From a virus, in IMG/VR virus record IMGVR_UViG_3300042892_004016, positions 51,895 through 115,894 of that record: a stretch of 64,000 nt of DNA; one strand, 5' to 3'. The notes beneath the pieces are model-generated. The model worked only from the letters and a program-made list of their open reading frames with translations. It searched no databases and was not told the origin of the DNA. Each line of letters starts with the position of its first letter. Positions within the stretch are counted from its first letter, which is position 1. Below, in pieces: positions 29,429-38,869 of the stretch. The position numbers and the translations under genes were made by a program.

Positions 29429-29659
29429 ATGTCTGTGATTGCGGCAAGGCTGAGCAATACCGGAACACTCTACTCCAACACTGTTGGAGTAGGGTTCGAT
29501 GAAATCAGTAAGAACCATATAAGCGTCACCCCAACCGGGGTGTTCGCTACTGGTTTGGATGAAGTCACCGGAACAGAAAACGGTAGTGCTATGCAACAGC
29601 TAAATACTAATGTACTACGAATTTCGGGAGTTTTTGACGAAGTATCTGGAATAGCATAA
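29429..29659 (+). CDS. Small FDE-type adaptor protein
   Basis: 76 aa with GAGGA SD. Paralogous to the termini of ORF 24622. Confidence 0.7.
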   Translation: MSVIAARLSNTGTLYSNTVGVGFDEISKNHISVTPTGVFATGLDEVTGTENGSAMQQLNTNVLRISGVFDEVSGIA

Positions 29660-29688
29660 GTAGTATGTACATTTTGAGATAAAAAAAT

Positions 29689-32589
29689 ATGGCATTACTA
29701 CAGTCAGGTACTAGAATATACGGAAACGCAATAATAGACACCAGTCTATCTATTAGTGGATCCGACACCAGCACTAGCAACTCCACCGGAGCACTAAAAG
29801 TATCCGGTGGCATAGGTGTAGTTGGTAATGTATTCAGTTCTGGTAATGTAACAGCACTAAACGCCAATTTAGGTAACCTTGTGGTTGCCAATTACTATAC
29901 TGGCACACTAACAACAGCAGCACAACCAAATATAACCAGCGTGGGCACACTAACTCAGTTAAGTGTGTCGGGTAACGCAACCATTACAGGTAATCTCACA
30001 GTCAACGGCACTGCTTTCTACGCCAACGTGGTTACCCTAAACGTAAAAGACCCTATAATTGAACAGGGCGGTAGCACAGATGGTGCACCACTTGTAGCAG
30101 ATGACGGTGTAGACCGAGGTCAATTACTACATTACTATGATCAAGCACCCATTGATGCATTCATGGGCTGGAAAAATGCAAACAGCGAATTCATATTTGC
30201 CAGCAACGCATCATTAACAGATAACACAGTAACAGTAAACTCATTGGGCAATGTCAGAGCCAATGCATTTATTGGTACTTTTATTGGAACGGCTGATACA
30301 GCAAAACAAGTTACAGAAAGCACACAGTCTAACATAACCAGTGTTGGAACTCTCACCAGTTTAACAGTGAGTGGCGATATAACTGGCACACTGGCCACAG
30401 CAGCACAACCCAATATAACCAGTTTAGGTAACTTAACTGGACTTAGAGTAACTGGCGTATCTAACGTTGGTCCAATTGGCAATCTAAAGATAACCGGTGG
30501 TACAAACGGATACGTAATACAAACAGATGGAACTGGCAACTTAAGTTGGGCAAATCTCAGTGCTAGCTTGGGTAATGCCAATGTAGCAGGCAGTAACACA
30601 CAGATTCAATACAATGATGGCACTAATCTAGCAGGCAGTGCCAATCTTACATTCAACGCATCAACCAGTACGCTGGCAGTAATAGGCAACATTACTTCTA
30701 CTAATGCTCTTTTAGGTAATCTGGCAACAGCCAACTTCTTTAGTGGCGACGGTAGCTTATTAACCAATCTAAATATTGCAGCAGCCAGCGTAGCAAATGC
30801 AAACTATGCGGCCTATGCAGGCACCGTAACAACAAACGCACAGCCCAACATCACCAGTGTTGGTACATTAACCAACTTGACGGTTAGTGGCTCCACCAAT
30901 CTGGGAGCAGTGGGTAATGTATCAATTACTGGTGGTACTGCTGGCTATGTATTAAAAACAGATGGCACTGGCAACTTAAGTTGGGTAGCGCAACCCAGTG
31001 TCAGTTCAATTACAGTAGATAATTTTACTGGTAACGGAGTACAAACTCAGTTCACTCTGAGCACCACGCCAGCAAACGTTAATCAAACTTCAGTTAACTA
31101 CAATGGCACAACACTACTACGCAGTGCGTACACACTGTCAGGTGCAGTTATCACCTTCAGTGGCGCTCCTGCAGATGGTTCATTACTTGAGATAACATCT
31201 ATCAGTGCAATGATTGGCACTGGTGGCACCAGTGTCAGCGCTGGAGTAAAAATTACTGCAGTGACTCCACCGGCACCGCAAACTGTAGTAGATATTGCAG
31301 GTGGAGAAACAGTTACGGTGACTGGCAGTGGATTCAACTCTGGCGTCATCTCATATATAGATTCCACAGCATGTACTACAACTTATGGCAATAGCACCAG
31401 TCTAACATTTGTTACTCCTGCGTTTGCGGCCGGACTCTATAATTTATTCTTGTACAATACTGATGGCTCCAGTGGCGTTAAGCCAGCTGGCATAAGATTC
31501 AATCAGCCTCCGGTTTGGGTTACAAGCGCAGGCGCTCTACTAACATCCGGCATGAATTCTTCATATGCAACTGCAGTGGCAGCTACTGGTACTGGAATCG
31601 CATATAGTGTAACTTCCGGCTCGCTGCCCACAGGGTTAAGCTTAAATTCGAGTACCGGTGACATCACTGGAACCCCTACCGTAGAACAAACAGCCAACTT
31701 CACTGTAACAGCAGTTAACAGTTACAATCAACCTACTGCACGATCATTTAGCATACAGATATTGGGTGCAGCTATGGTCGATTATTTAGTAGTGGCCGGA
31801 GGCGGTAGCGGAGGATCATATGGTGGTGGTGGTGGTGCCGGCGGCCTAATATATGCTACTGAAGTTGCATTTACTCCCGGTACTGCGTACACTGTAACAG
31901 TGGGTGCGGGCGGCGTTGCAACCCCTACTGCCGGAGTTATCGGGGCTAATTCGACAATAACCGGTGCTGGATTTGCCAGTGTGATTGCATATGGTGGAGG
32001 CAGAGGAGGAAGTCAACTTAATACTCCTCCTATTGATGGTGGCGATGGTGGATCGGGTGGTGGCGCCGGAGTAAACGGTAGTGGTTCAGCTGTTGGTGGT
32101 AAAGGAGTTTATCCAGGATCAACCTATATAAGTGCTGCACGACAGGGATATGATGGTGGCGCATATAATACTGGTGGAAATAACAATGCAGGTGGTGGCG
32201 GCGGTGCTGGAGGTGCAGGATATAATAGTGGTTCAGCTGGTAATGTAGGAGTCGGCGGCGCCGGCGCATCAAATTCAATAACTGGCACTGCCATAAATTA
32301 CGCAGGTGGCGGCGGTGGCGGCGGCTATGGCGGGTTAAGTTTGGGTGGCGCTGGTGGCGGCACAGGCGGCAGTGGCAGTGGTACACTTGCTACTGCTGGC
32401 ACAGTTAACACTGGTGGTGGCGGAGGTGGCGGTGGTTATAGTCCATCAACTGGCGGCAATGGCGGCTCGGGTGTGGTTATCCTCAGAACAGCATTTACCG
32501 CTGCATCAACTACGGGGTCACCTACTGTAACTACCAATGCAGGATACAACGTATACAAGTTTACCACTTCAGGTACAATAACATTTTAA
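29689..32589 (+). CDS. Fibre protein with IPT/TIG, Ig-like and glycine-rich tip domains
   Basis: 966 aa. MALLQSGTRIYG start, VTVTGSGF (IPT), GSLPTGLSLNSSTGDITGTP (putative Ig), DYLVVAGGG polyglycine domain. Confidence 0.75.
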   Translation: MALLQSGTRIYGNAIIDTSLSISGSDTSTSNSTGALKVSGGIGVVGNVFSSGNVTALNANLGNLVVANYYTGTLTTAAQPNITSVGTLTQLSVSGNATITGNLTVNGTAFYANVVTLNVKDPIIEQGGSTDGAPLVADDGVDRGQLLHYYDQAPIDAFMGWKNANSEFIFASNASLTDNTVTVNSLGNVRANAFIGTFIGTADTAKQVTESTQSNITSVGTLTSLTVSGDITGTLATAAQPNITSLGNLTGLRVTGVSNVGPIGNLKITGGTNGYVIQTDGTGNLSWANLSASLGNANVAGSNTQIQYNDGTNLAGSANLTFNASTSTLAVIGNITSTNALLGNLATANFFSGDGSLLTNLNIAAASVANANYAAYAGTVTTNAQPNITSVGTLTNLTVSGSTNLGAVGNVSITGGTAGYVLKTDGTGNLSWVAQPSVSSITVDNFTGNGVQTQFTLSTTPANVNQTSVNYNGTTLLRSAYTLSGAVITFSGAPADGSLLEITSISAMIGTGGTSVSAGVKITAVTPPAPQTVVDIAGGETVTVTGSGFNSGVISYIDSTACTTTYGNSTSLTFVTPAFAAGLYNLFLYNTDGSSGVKPAGIRFNQPPVWVTSAGALLTSGMNSSYATAVAATGTGIAYSVTSGSLPTGLSLNSSTGDITGTPTVEQTANFTVTAVNSYNQPTARSFSIQILGAAMVDYLVVAGGGSGGSYGGGGGAGGLIYATEVAFTPGTAYTVTVGAGGVATPTAGVIGANSTITGAGFASVIAYGGGRGGSQLNTPPIDGGDGGSGGGAGVNGSGSAVGGKGVYPGSTYISAARQGYDGGAYNTGGNNNAGGGGGAGGAGYNSGSAGNVGVGGAGASNSITGTAINYAGGGGGGGYGGLSLGGAGGGTGGSGSGTLATAGTVNTGGGGGGGGYSPSTGGNGGSGVVILRTAFTAASTTGSPTVTTNAGYNVYKFTTSGTITF

Positions 32590-32604
32590 TTAAAGGAAAC
32601 CAAA

Positions 32605-32967
32605 ATGGCACATTTTGCACAAATAGATGATACAAACACAGTAGTACAAGTTATCGTAGCAGAGCAAGACTTTATCAATTCAGGAGCAGTAGGACCTGCA
32701 GATAAATGGATTCAAACCAGTTACAACACATATGCTGGTGAACACAAACTGGGTGGCACTCCAATGCGCAAGAACTACGCTGGCATCGGATACACATACG
32801 ACCCAGCACTGGATGCGTTTTACGCTAAAAGCCCATTTGCCAGTTGGACTCTGAACACAGGTACTTGCCAGTGGGAAGCTCCTACTCCAATGCCAGTGGC
32901 TGAGGGAAAAATGTACAACTGGGATGAGGCTACTACCAGCTGGACTGAATCAGATGTACCACAATAA
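32605..32967 (+). CDS. Small fibre-associated protein (possible assembly chaperone or tip partner)
   Basis: 120 aa, MAHFAQID..WIQTSYN..RKNYAGIGYTYD. Follows a glycine-rich tip gene; AAGGA SD. Confidence 0.6.
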   Translation: MAHFAQIDDTNTVVQVIVAEQDFINSGAVGPADKWIQTSYNTYAGEHKLGGTPMRKNYAGIGYTYDPALDAFYAKSPFASWTLNTGTCQWEAPTPMPVAEGKMYNWDEATTSWTESDVPQ

Positions 32968-33038
32968 TAACAATTAAGCTATACTAGCTTACCCATAATG
33001 CTTAAGATAAGCTAAATATAGATATAAGGAAAACTGAC

Positions 33039-36000
33039 ATGTCAATCACACTACTACAACCATTCAACTTAGATACAACCAAAGACTACACCTTTACTAC
33101 GGTAACGGCCAATATAAAAACAGACAATTTGCTGTATGCAAATGGCTCCGCTTGGAGTTTTGTCTCAGTTGCAGGATCAAACACATACCTACAATTCAAC
33201 GATAGTGGTAGTTTTGGCGCAGTTGCCAATCTAGCATTCAATAAATCAACTAACACGCTGACGGTAGATAATATCGTAGCCAATGGTAGTGGATTGACTA
33301 GCATAACTGGCGCTAATGTAACTGGTGCAGTTGCATTTGCAACAACAGCCAACGCAGTAGCAGGCGCCAATGTTTCAGGTGCAGTGGCATTCGCAACGAC
33401 TGCCAATAGTGTAGCTGGTGCAAATGTTTCAGGTACTGTGGCAAGTGCTACAGTAGCAGCAAGTGCAAACGCAGTAGCTGGTGCTAATGTAAGTGGTGAA
33501 GTCAGTTTCGCAGCAACGGCCAATAGTGTAGCTGGAGCTAATGTAAGTGGTACAGTTGCAAGTGCTACCGTAGCATCAAGTGCCAACAGTGTAGCCGGCG
33601 CTAACGTAACTGGTCAAGTAGCCAACGCACTGGTATCAGGTACTGTGTATACCAATGCACAACCAAATATCACAAGTGTTGGTACCCTAACTGCATTGAG
33701 CGTTACTGGTACAGCAACAGCAGGTAACTTAAGTACCAGCGGCACATTAGCTGCTGGCGATGCAACTATTACTGGTAATCTAACAGTAAGTGGTTCTACT
33801 ATAACTGCCAATGTCACTACTATCAATGTCAGAGATCCAATCATTGAGCAGGGTGGCGACACAGCCGGAGCATTGACTACAAATGACGGCAAAGACAGAG
33901 GTCAGATACTACATTACTATGATGGCGCTGCAAAAGATGCGTTCATGGGCTGGGATAACAGCAATGGAGAATTCGCATTTGGTAGCAATGTTACCACGCT
34001 AAATGAAGTTATTACATATAATACATTGGGTAACGTAAGAGCCAATGTGTTTATTGGTGCTCTAAGTGGAGCAGCCACAACAGCAGGTACAGTAACAACA
34101 AACGCACAACCAAATATTACTTCAGTTGGTACACTGAGTGCCCTATCTGTTACAGGCAACATATCATCAGGTAACGCCAGTTTAGGTAATTTAGCAACTG
34201 CCAGCTACTTCAGTGGTGATGGTAGCTTATTAACCAATTTAAACATCTCGGCAGCTACAGTAGCCAATGCAAACTATGCAGCTTATGCAGGTAACATAAC
34301 AACGGCAGCACAGCCAAATATTACAAGTGTTGGTACACTAACTGATTTGAGTGTAACTGGTAACATTGGTGCAGGTAATGTAACTGCAGTCACTACAGTA
34401 ACTGCAGCTCAGTTTGTGGGTAACGGCGTAGGAATAACAAATATAGCTGGTGCTAATGTAACAGGCACTGTAGCAAGCGCCACTGTGGCAGCAAGTGCAA
34501 ATGCAGTAGCAGGTGCTAATGTCTCAGGAACGGTAGCCAGTGCCACAGTAGCAACCACTGCAAACGCAGTAGCAGGTGCTAACGTATCAGGCGAAGTCAC
34601 ATTCGCAGCAACAGCCAATGCAGTAGCTGGCGCGAATGTCTCAGGCGCGGTTGCATTCGCAACAACTGCCAATGCAGTAGCAGGCGGCAACGTAAGTGGT
34701 CAAGTAAGCTACGCAGCAGTAGCCAATAGCGTAGCAGGTGCTAACGTAAATGGTGAAGTAGCTAATGCAGCATTCTCCACACTCTCAGGAACAGCAAGCA
34801 CTGCCAATGCAGTAGCTGGTGCCAATGTTTCAGGTGCAGTGGCTTTTGCAACAACTGCAAATAGCGTAGCAGGTGCCAATGTAAGTGGTACAGTCTCTAG
34901 TGCAACCAATGCAACAACTGCAGCAACCGCAAATAGTGTAGCAGGTGCTAACGTAACTGGTGCAGTAAGTTTCGCAACAACAGCAAACGCTGTGGCAGGT
35001 GCTAATGTTTCAGGTGCAGTTGCATTTGCAACAACCGCAAACGCAGTAGCAGGCGCCAATGTCTCAGGCGAAGTCGCATTCGCGGCAACAGCAAACGCAG
35101 TGGCAGGTGCAAATGTCTCAGGACAAGTAGCTAACGCACTGATAGCAGGTACAGTATATACAAACGCACAACCAAACATTACAAGCGTTGGTACATTAAC
35201 TGCGCTATCAGTAACAGGTAATATTAGTTCAGGTAACGCCAGTCTAGGTAATGCAGCCAGTGCCACTTATTTCATCGGTGATGGTAGCCTATTAACTAAT
35301 CTCAGTATCTCAACCGCTAGTGTAGCAAATGCAAACTATGCTGCATATGCAGGTAACGTTACGATAGCAGGACAAGCAAACATTACCAGTGTTGGGACAT
35401 TAACAAGCCTAGCAGTAACTGGTAACATTGGTGCAGGTAATGTAACTGCAACTGGTACAGTAACCGCAGCCCAGTTTGTGGGCAACGGCGTAGGAATAAC
35501 AGACGTAGCTGGTGCTAATGTTAGTGGTCAAGTAGCTAATGCACTAGTTGCAGGCACCGTATATACTAATGCACAGCCAAACATTACAAGCGTTGGTACA
35601 TTAACCAGCTTGACAGTTACTGGTACAGCAACAGCAGGTAATTTAAGCACTGGTGGCACATTGAGTGCAGGCGATGCAACTATAACAGGTAACTTGACTG
35701 TTAGCGGTGCTACTATAACTGCCAATGTTACTTCAATCAATGTCAAAGATCCAATTATTGAGCAGGGCGGTAATACTTCTGGTGCGCTATCTACAAATGA
35801 CGGCAAAGACAGAGGTCAAATACTACACTACTACACAACAGCTCCAGTTGATGCGTTCATGGGTTGGGATAACTCAAATGCAGAATTCGCATTTGGTAGC
35901 AATGTAAGCATAGCAAGCGAAGTAACTACATTTAACACTCTGGGTAACATTCGTGCGCAACACGTGTATGCTAACATAGATGCTGCAAACATAGTAGGAA

Positions 36001-37232
36001 CAGTGGCCAGTGCCACTATAGCAGCTAGTGCAAATGCAGTAGCTGGTGCCAATGTCTCAGGCGCAGTTGCATTCGCAACAACAGCCAATGCAGTAGCAGG
36101 CGCAAATGTTTCAGGTGAAGTTACATTCGCAGCAACAGCAAATGCAGTAGCTGGTGCGAATGTAAGTGGTCAAGTAGCTAATGCATTGGTAGCAGGTACA
36201 GTATACACTAACGCACAACCAAACATTACTTCAGTTGGTACACTAACTGCGCTATCAGTAACAGGTAACATTAGTTCAGGTAACGCCAGTTTAGGTAATG
36301 CAGCCAGTGCTACGTACTTCATAGGTGATGGTAGTTTACTAACTAACTTAAGCATTGCATCAGCCAGTGTAGCAAATGCAAACTACGCTGCATATGCAGG
36401 TAACATAACAACTGCAGCACAACCAAATATCACCAGTACTGGTACACTAGTTAACTTGGCAGTATCAGGTAACGTTGTTCTTTCTGGCGCAAACGTAACA
36501 CTGGGCACAGTGGCAAATCTACATGTGGCTGGTGGTACTGCTGATTATGTGTTAAAAACAGACGGTTCAGGTAATCTAAGTTGGGTAGCACAGACTCCTT
36601 CAGCAGTGGTCACAGTAGACAACTTCACTGGCAATGGAGTAGCAACAGCATACACCCTGTCAGTTGATCCAGTCAGTGTAAACAATGTGTTGGTTAACAT
36701 AAACGGTGCAACTCAGTTAAGAGAAGCATACTCAGTATCAGGCACTACTCTGACATTTAGTTCAGCACCGCCTAATACTTCAAAGATTGAAATCACTACA
36801 TTTGGCTTAACTGCTGGTGGCGCGGGTGGTGGCGGTGCAAGTGCATTAAACGACTTGACCGATGTAACTATAACATCACCTAGTACTAATCAAGTTGTAA
36901 AGTACAATGGAAGCAGTTGGGTAAATGCTACTATCCCTGGAGTTAGCTACGTAGATGTTGTTGCTAACTACTCATTGGTTGCAGGTACCAAATATATTGT
37001 TAACACATCAAGTGCCAACTTGACACTGACATTGCCTAGTTCAGGAACACTGGGTGAAGAAATCAGTATCATAGACGGTACAGGTAATGCCAGTACTCAT
37101 GCAATCACAGTGGCTAGGAATGGTGGCAATATTCAAGGATTGGCCAGTGACATGACTGTTAGTACAGATAGAGCAGCGTTTACTCTAGTGTACTACAACA
37201 GCACTCAGGGTTGGATTCTCACTAACGTTTAA
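33039..37232 (+). CDS. Long repetitive fibre (stalk) protein
   Basis: 1397 aa with 18-aa tandem repeats and a large internal duplication. C-terminal TLTLP..GEEISIID..ITVARNG..LVY..GW module resembles T4 gp34-type repeats. Confidence 0.78.
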   Translation: MSITLLQPFNLDTTKDYTFTTVTANIKTDNLLYANGSAWSFVSVAGSNTYLQFNDSGSFGAVANLAFNKSTNTLTVDNIVANGSGLTSITGANVTGAVAFATTANAVAGANVSGAVAFATTANSVAGANVSGTVASATVAASANAVAGANVSGEVSFAATANSVAGANVSGTVASATVASSANSVAGANVTGQVANALVSGTVYTNAQPNITSVGTLTALSVTGTATAGNLSTSGTLAAGDATITGNLTVSGSTITANVTTINVRDPIIEQGGDTAGALTTNDGKDRGQILHYYDGAAKDAFMGWDNSNGEFAFGSNVTTLNEVITYNTLGNVRANVFIGALSGAATTAGTVTTNAQPNITSVGTLSALSVTGNISSGNASLGNLATASYFSGDGSLLTNLNISAATVANANYAAYAGNITTAAQPNITSVGTLTDLSVTGNIGAGNVTAVTTVTAAQFVGNGVGITNIAGANVTGTVASATVAASANAVAGANVSGTVASATVATTANAVAGANVSGEVTFAATANAVAGANVSGAVAFATTANAVAGGNVSGQVSYAAVANSVAGANVNGEVANAAFSTLSGTASTANAVAGANVSGAVAFATTANSVAGANVSGTVSSATNATTAATANSVAGANVTGAVSFATTANAVAGANVSGAVAFATTANAVAGANVSGEVAFAATANAVAGANVSGQVANALIAGTVYTNAQPNITSVGTLTALSVTGNISSGNASLGNAASATYFIGDGSLLTNLSISTASVANANYAAYAGNVTIAGQANITSVGTLTSLAVTGNIGAGNVTATGTVTAAQFVGNGVGITDVAGANVSGQVANALVAGTVYTNAQPNITSVGTLTSLTVTGTATAGNLSTGGTLSAGDATITGNLTVSGATITANVTSINVKDPIIEQGGNTSGALSTNDGKDRGQILHYYTTAPVDAFMGWDNSNAEFAFGSNVSIASEVTTFNTLGNIRAQHVYANIDAANIVGTVASATIAASANAVAGANVSGAVAFATTANAVAGANVSGEVTFAATANAVAGANVSGQVANALVAGTVYTNAQPNITSVGTLTALSVTGNISSGNASLGNAASATYFIGDGSLLTNLSIASASVANANYAAYAGNITTAAQPNITSTGTLVNLAVSGNVVLSGANVTLGTVANLHVAGGTADYVLKTDGSGNLSWVAQTPSAVVTVDNFTGNGVATAYTLSVDPVSVNNVLVNINGATQLREAYSVSGTTLTFSSAPPNTSKIEITTFGLTAGGAGGGGASALNDLTDVTITSPSTNQVVKYNGSSWVNATIPGVSYVDVVANYSLVAGTKYIVNTSSANLTLTLPSSGTLGEEISIIDGTGNASTHAITVARNGGNIQGLASDMTVSTDRAAFTLVYYNSTQGWILTNV
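33305..36190 (+). repeat. Degenerate 54-bp (18-aa) tandem repeats, consensus ~AFATTANAVAGANVSGxV
   Basis: Clusters at about 33305-33630, 34445-35135 and 36000-36190. Shorter runs occur in ORFs 49099 and 55786. Confidence 0.85.
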
Positions 37233-37241
37233 TATAGTATA

Positions 37242-37275
37242 AAAAAGCACAGACTATGATTAGTTTGTGCTTTTT
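37242..37275. terminator. Intrinsic terminator (bidirectional type)
   Basis: AAAAAGCACAGACTA-tgat-TAGTTTGTGCTTTTT. Confidence 0.8.
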
Positions 37276-37319
37276 AAAATGTCATTGCCTGGCATATCCC
37301 ATCAAATAACAAAGAGAAC

Positions 37320-37402
37320 AATAAATGTCAGATTACAGTACACTAAAAAACGCAGCAATAATTGAAACAATATCTACCCCAACTTCAAATACAGACTTGG
37401 GT
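37320..37402 (+). repeat. 83-bp exact direct repeat, copy 1 (copy 2 at 38865-38947)
   Basis: AATAAATGTCAGATTAC...GACTTGGGT is identical in both places and covers the start and first 26 codons of two adjacent genes. Confidence 0.93.
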
Positions 37403-38845
37403 ACAGTAGAAAACACTTACGGTAATATTTACTTGAGTGGAAATGTAAACTTAAACGGCGTTGACGTAAACTCGACAAACGTGCTTGGGCCAAAAGTAGC
37501 AACAATTACTTACACGGGTGATGATACTGCAGCAGATCCTGCAGGTGGGCAAACAGTAACTTTAACTGGCTCTGGATTCAATCTTGGAGCTAGTGTGTTG
37601 ATAAGTGGAGTTAGTCCCAACGTTGTTACACGAGTCAGCAGTACTGTTCTCACATTCACGGCGCCAGCACAATCTGTCGGAAACTACACTCTTTATGTGA
37701 TCAATCCAGATGGTGGAACTGCAATATTTCTTCCGGGCATGTCATATAGTGGAACTCCCACTTGGAGTACTAGCTCTGGTTCATTGGGTATTACTGGATC
37801 AGGCGGCAGTACTGCATTTACTGTAGTCGCCACCGGTGACGCTCCTGTAACTTACAGCGTAACCACCGGTGGGCTTCCAGCTGGGGTCACGTTAAACGCC
37901 AGTACTGGCGTTATATCCGGTACTGCCCCGGTACTTGCTTCAACAACCACTTACAACTTTACAGTGACTGCAACAGATGCGCAAAATCAAGAAACTCCAC
38001 GTAATTTTAGTATTACCGTTAACGTAAATCCATCGGCAACCGGTGGCACGGTCACAACTGTGGGTGATTACAAAATACACACGTTCACCAGCAGCGATAG
38101 CGTAATTTTCTCAAGTGGTGGTTCGGCACAGTATTTGGTTGTTGCAGGTGGTGGCGCCGGCGGCACTGGTAACTACGGCGGTGGCGGCGGCGCGGGTGGT
38201 TTCTTAACTGGCAATGTTGATTTTAGTTCAGCTACATATACCGTAACAGTTGGCGCAGGTGGCATTGGTCAAGGTAGCCAATCTCTCCGCGGCGGCAATG
38301 GGGCAAACAGTGTAATATCTGGCACAGGTGTATCAGTGACTGCAGTGGGTGGTGGTGGTGGTGGCAGCAGAAATAATGACGCAGCAGGTGGAAACTCAGG
38401 CGGCGCTCCAGGAGGCTCGGGCGGTGGCGCAAGTTTTGTAAGCTCTGCCGGCGGCAAGGGTGTTTACCCAGGATCAACTTTCATAGATGCACCAAGACAA
38501 GGTTACGACGGTGGAACAAACCCAGCGGGACAATATGCTGCAGGTGGTGGTGGTGCGGGTGGCGTTGGGCATGACGGAACTAATTTTGCAAATAGGTCTG
38601 GTGGTGCCGGCTTAGCCAACCCAATTACAGGATCAACTGCAGGCGTATTGTCAGTCTCAACTTATTATTTGGCTGGTGGTGGCTCAGGTAACTTTAACGG
38701 CGGCTCTCCGTATGCACTGGGTGGTGCGGTGGGTGGCGCCGGCACCGCAGGATCAGGAGCTGGAGGACTTGGAGGATTTAGTCTAAACGGAGCAGGATCC
38801 GCCGGCGGCTCTGGTGTAGTGGTTATCAAGTATAAATTTCAATAA
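37325..38845 (+). CDS. Tip protein: IPT + Ig-like + glycine-rich domain
   Basis: 506 aa. MSDYSTLKN start, GDDTAADP.GGQT..GSGF, polyglycine C-domain. Confidence 0.75.
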   Translation: MSDYSTLKNAAIIETISTPTSNTDLGTVENTYGNIYLSGNVNLNGVDVNSTNVLGPKVATITYTGDDTAADPAGGQTVTLTGSGFNLGASVLISGVSPNVVTRVSSTVLTFTAPAQSVGNYTLYVINPDGGTAIFLPGMSYSGTPTWSTSSGSLGITGSGGSTAFTVVATGDAPVTYSVTTGGLPAGVTLNASTGVISGTAPVLASTTTYNFTVTATDAQNQETPRNFSITVNVNPSATGGTVTTVGDYKIHTFTSSDSVIFSSGGSAQYLVVAGGGAGGTGNYGGGGGAGGFLTGNVDFSSATYTVTVGAGGIGQGSQSLRGGNGANSVISGTGVSVTAVGGGGGGSRNNDAAGGNSGGAPGGSGGGASFVSSAGGKGVYPGSTFIDAPRQGYDGGTNPAGQYAAGGGGAGGVGHDGTNFANRSGGAGLANPITGSTAGVLSVSTYYLAGGGSGNFNGGSPYALGGAVGGAGTAGSGAGGLGGFSLNGAGSAGGSGVVVIKYKFQ

Positions 38846-38869
38846 ACAAAATAACAAGGATAGAAATAA

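Noticed and set aside
33305-36190. CRISPR-like periodicity
   Set aside because: The repeats are degenerate, in frame and protein-coding, with no constant repeat plus unique spacer structure.
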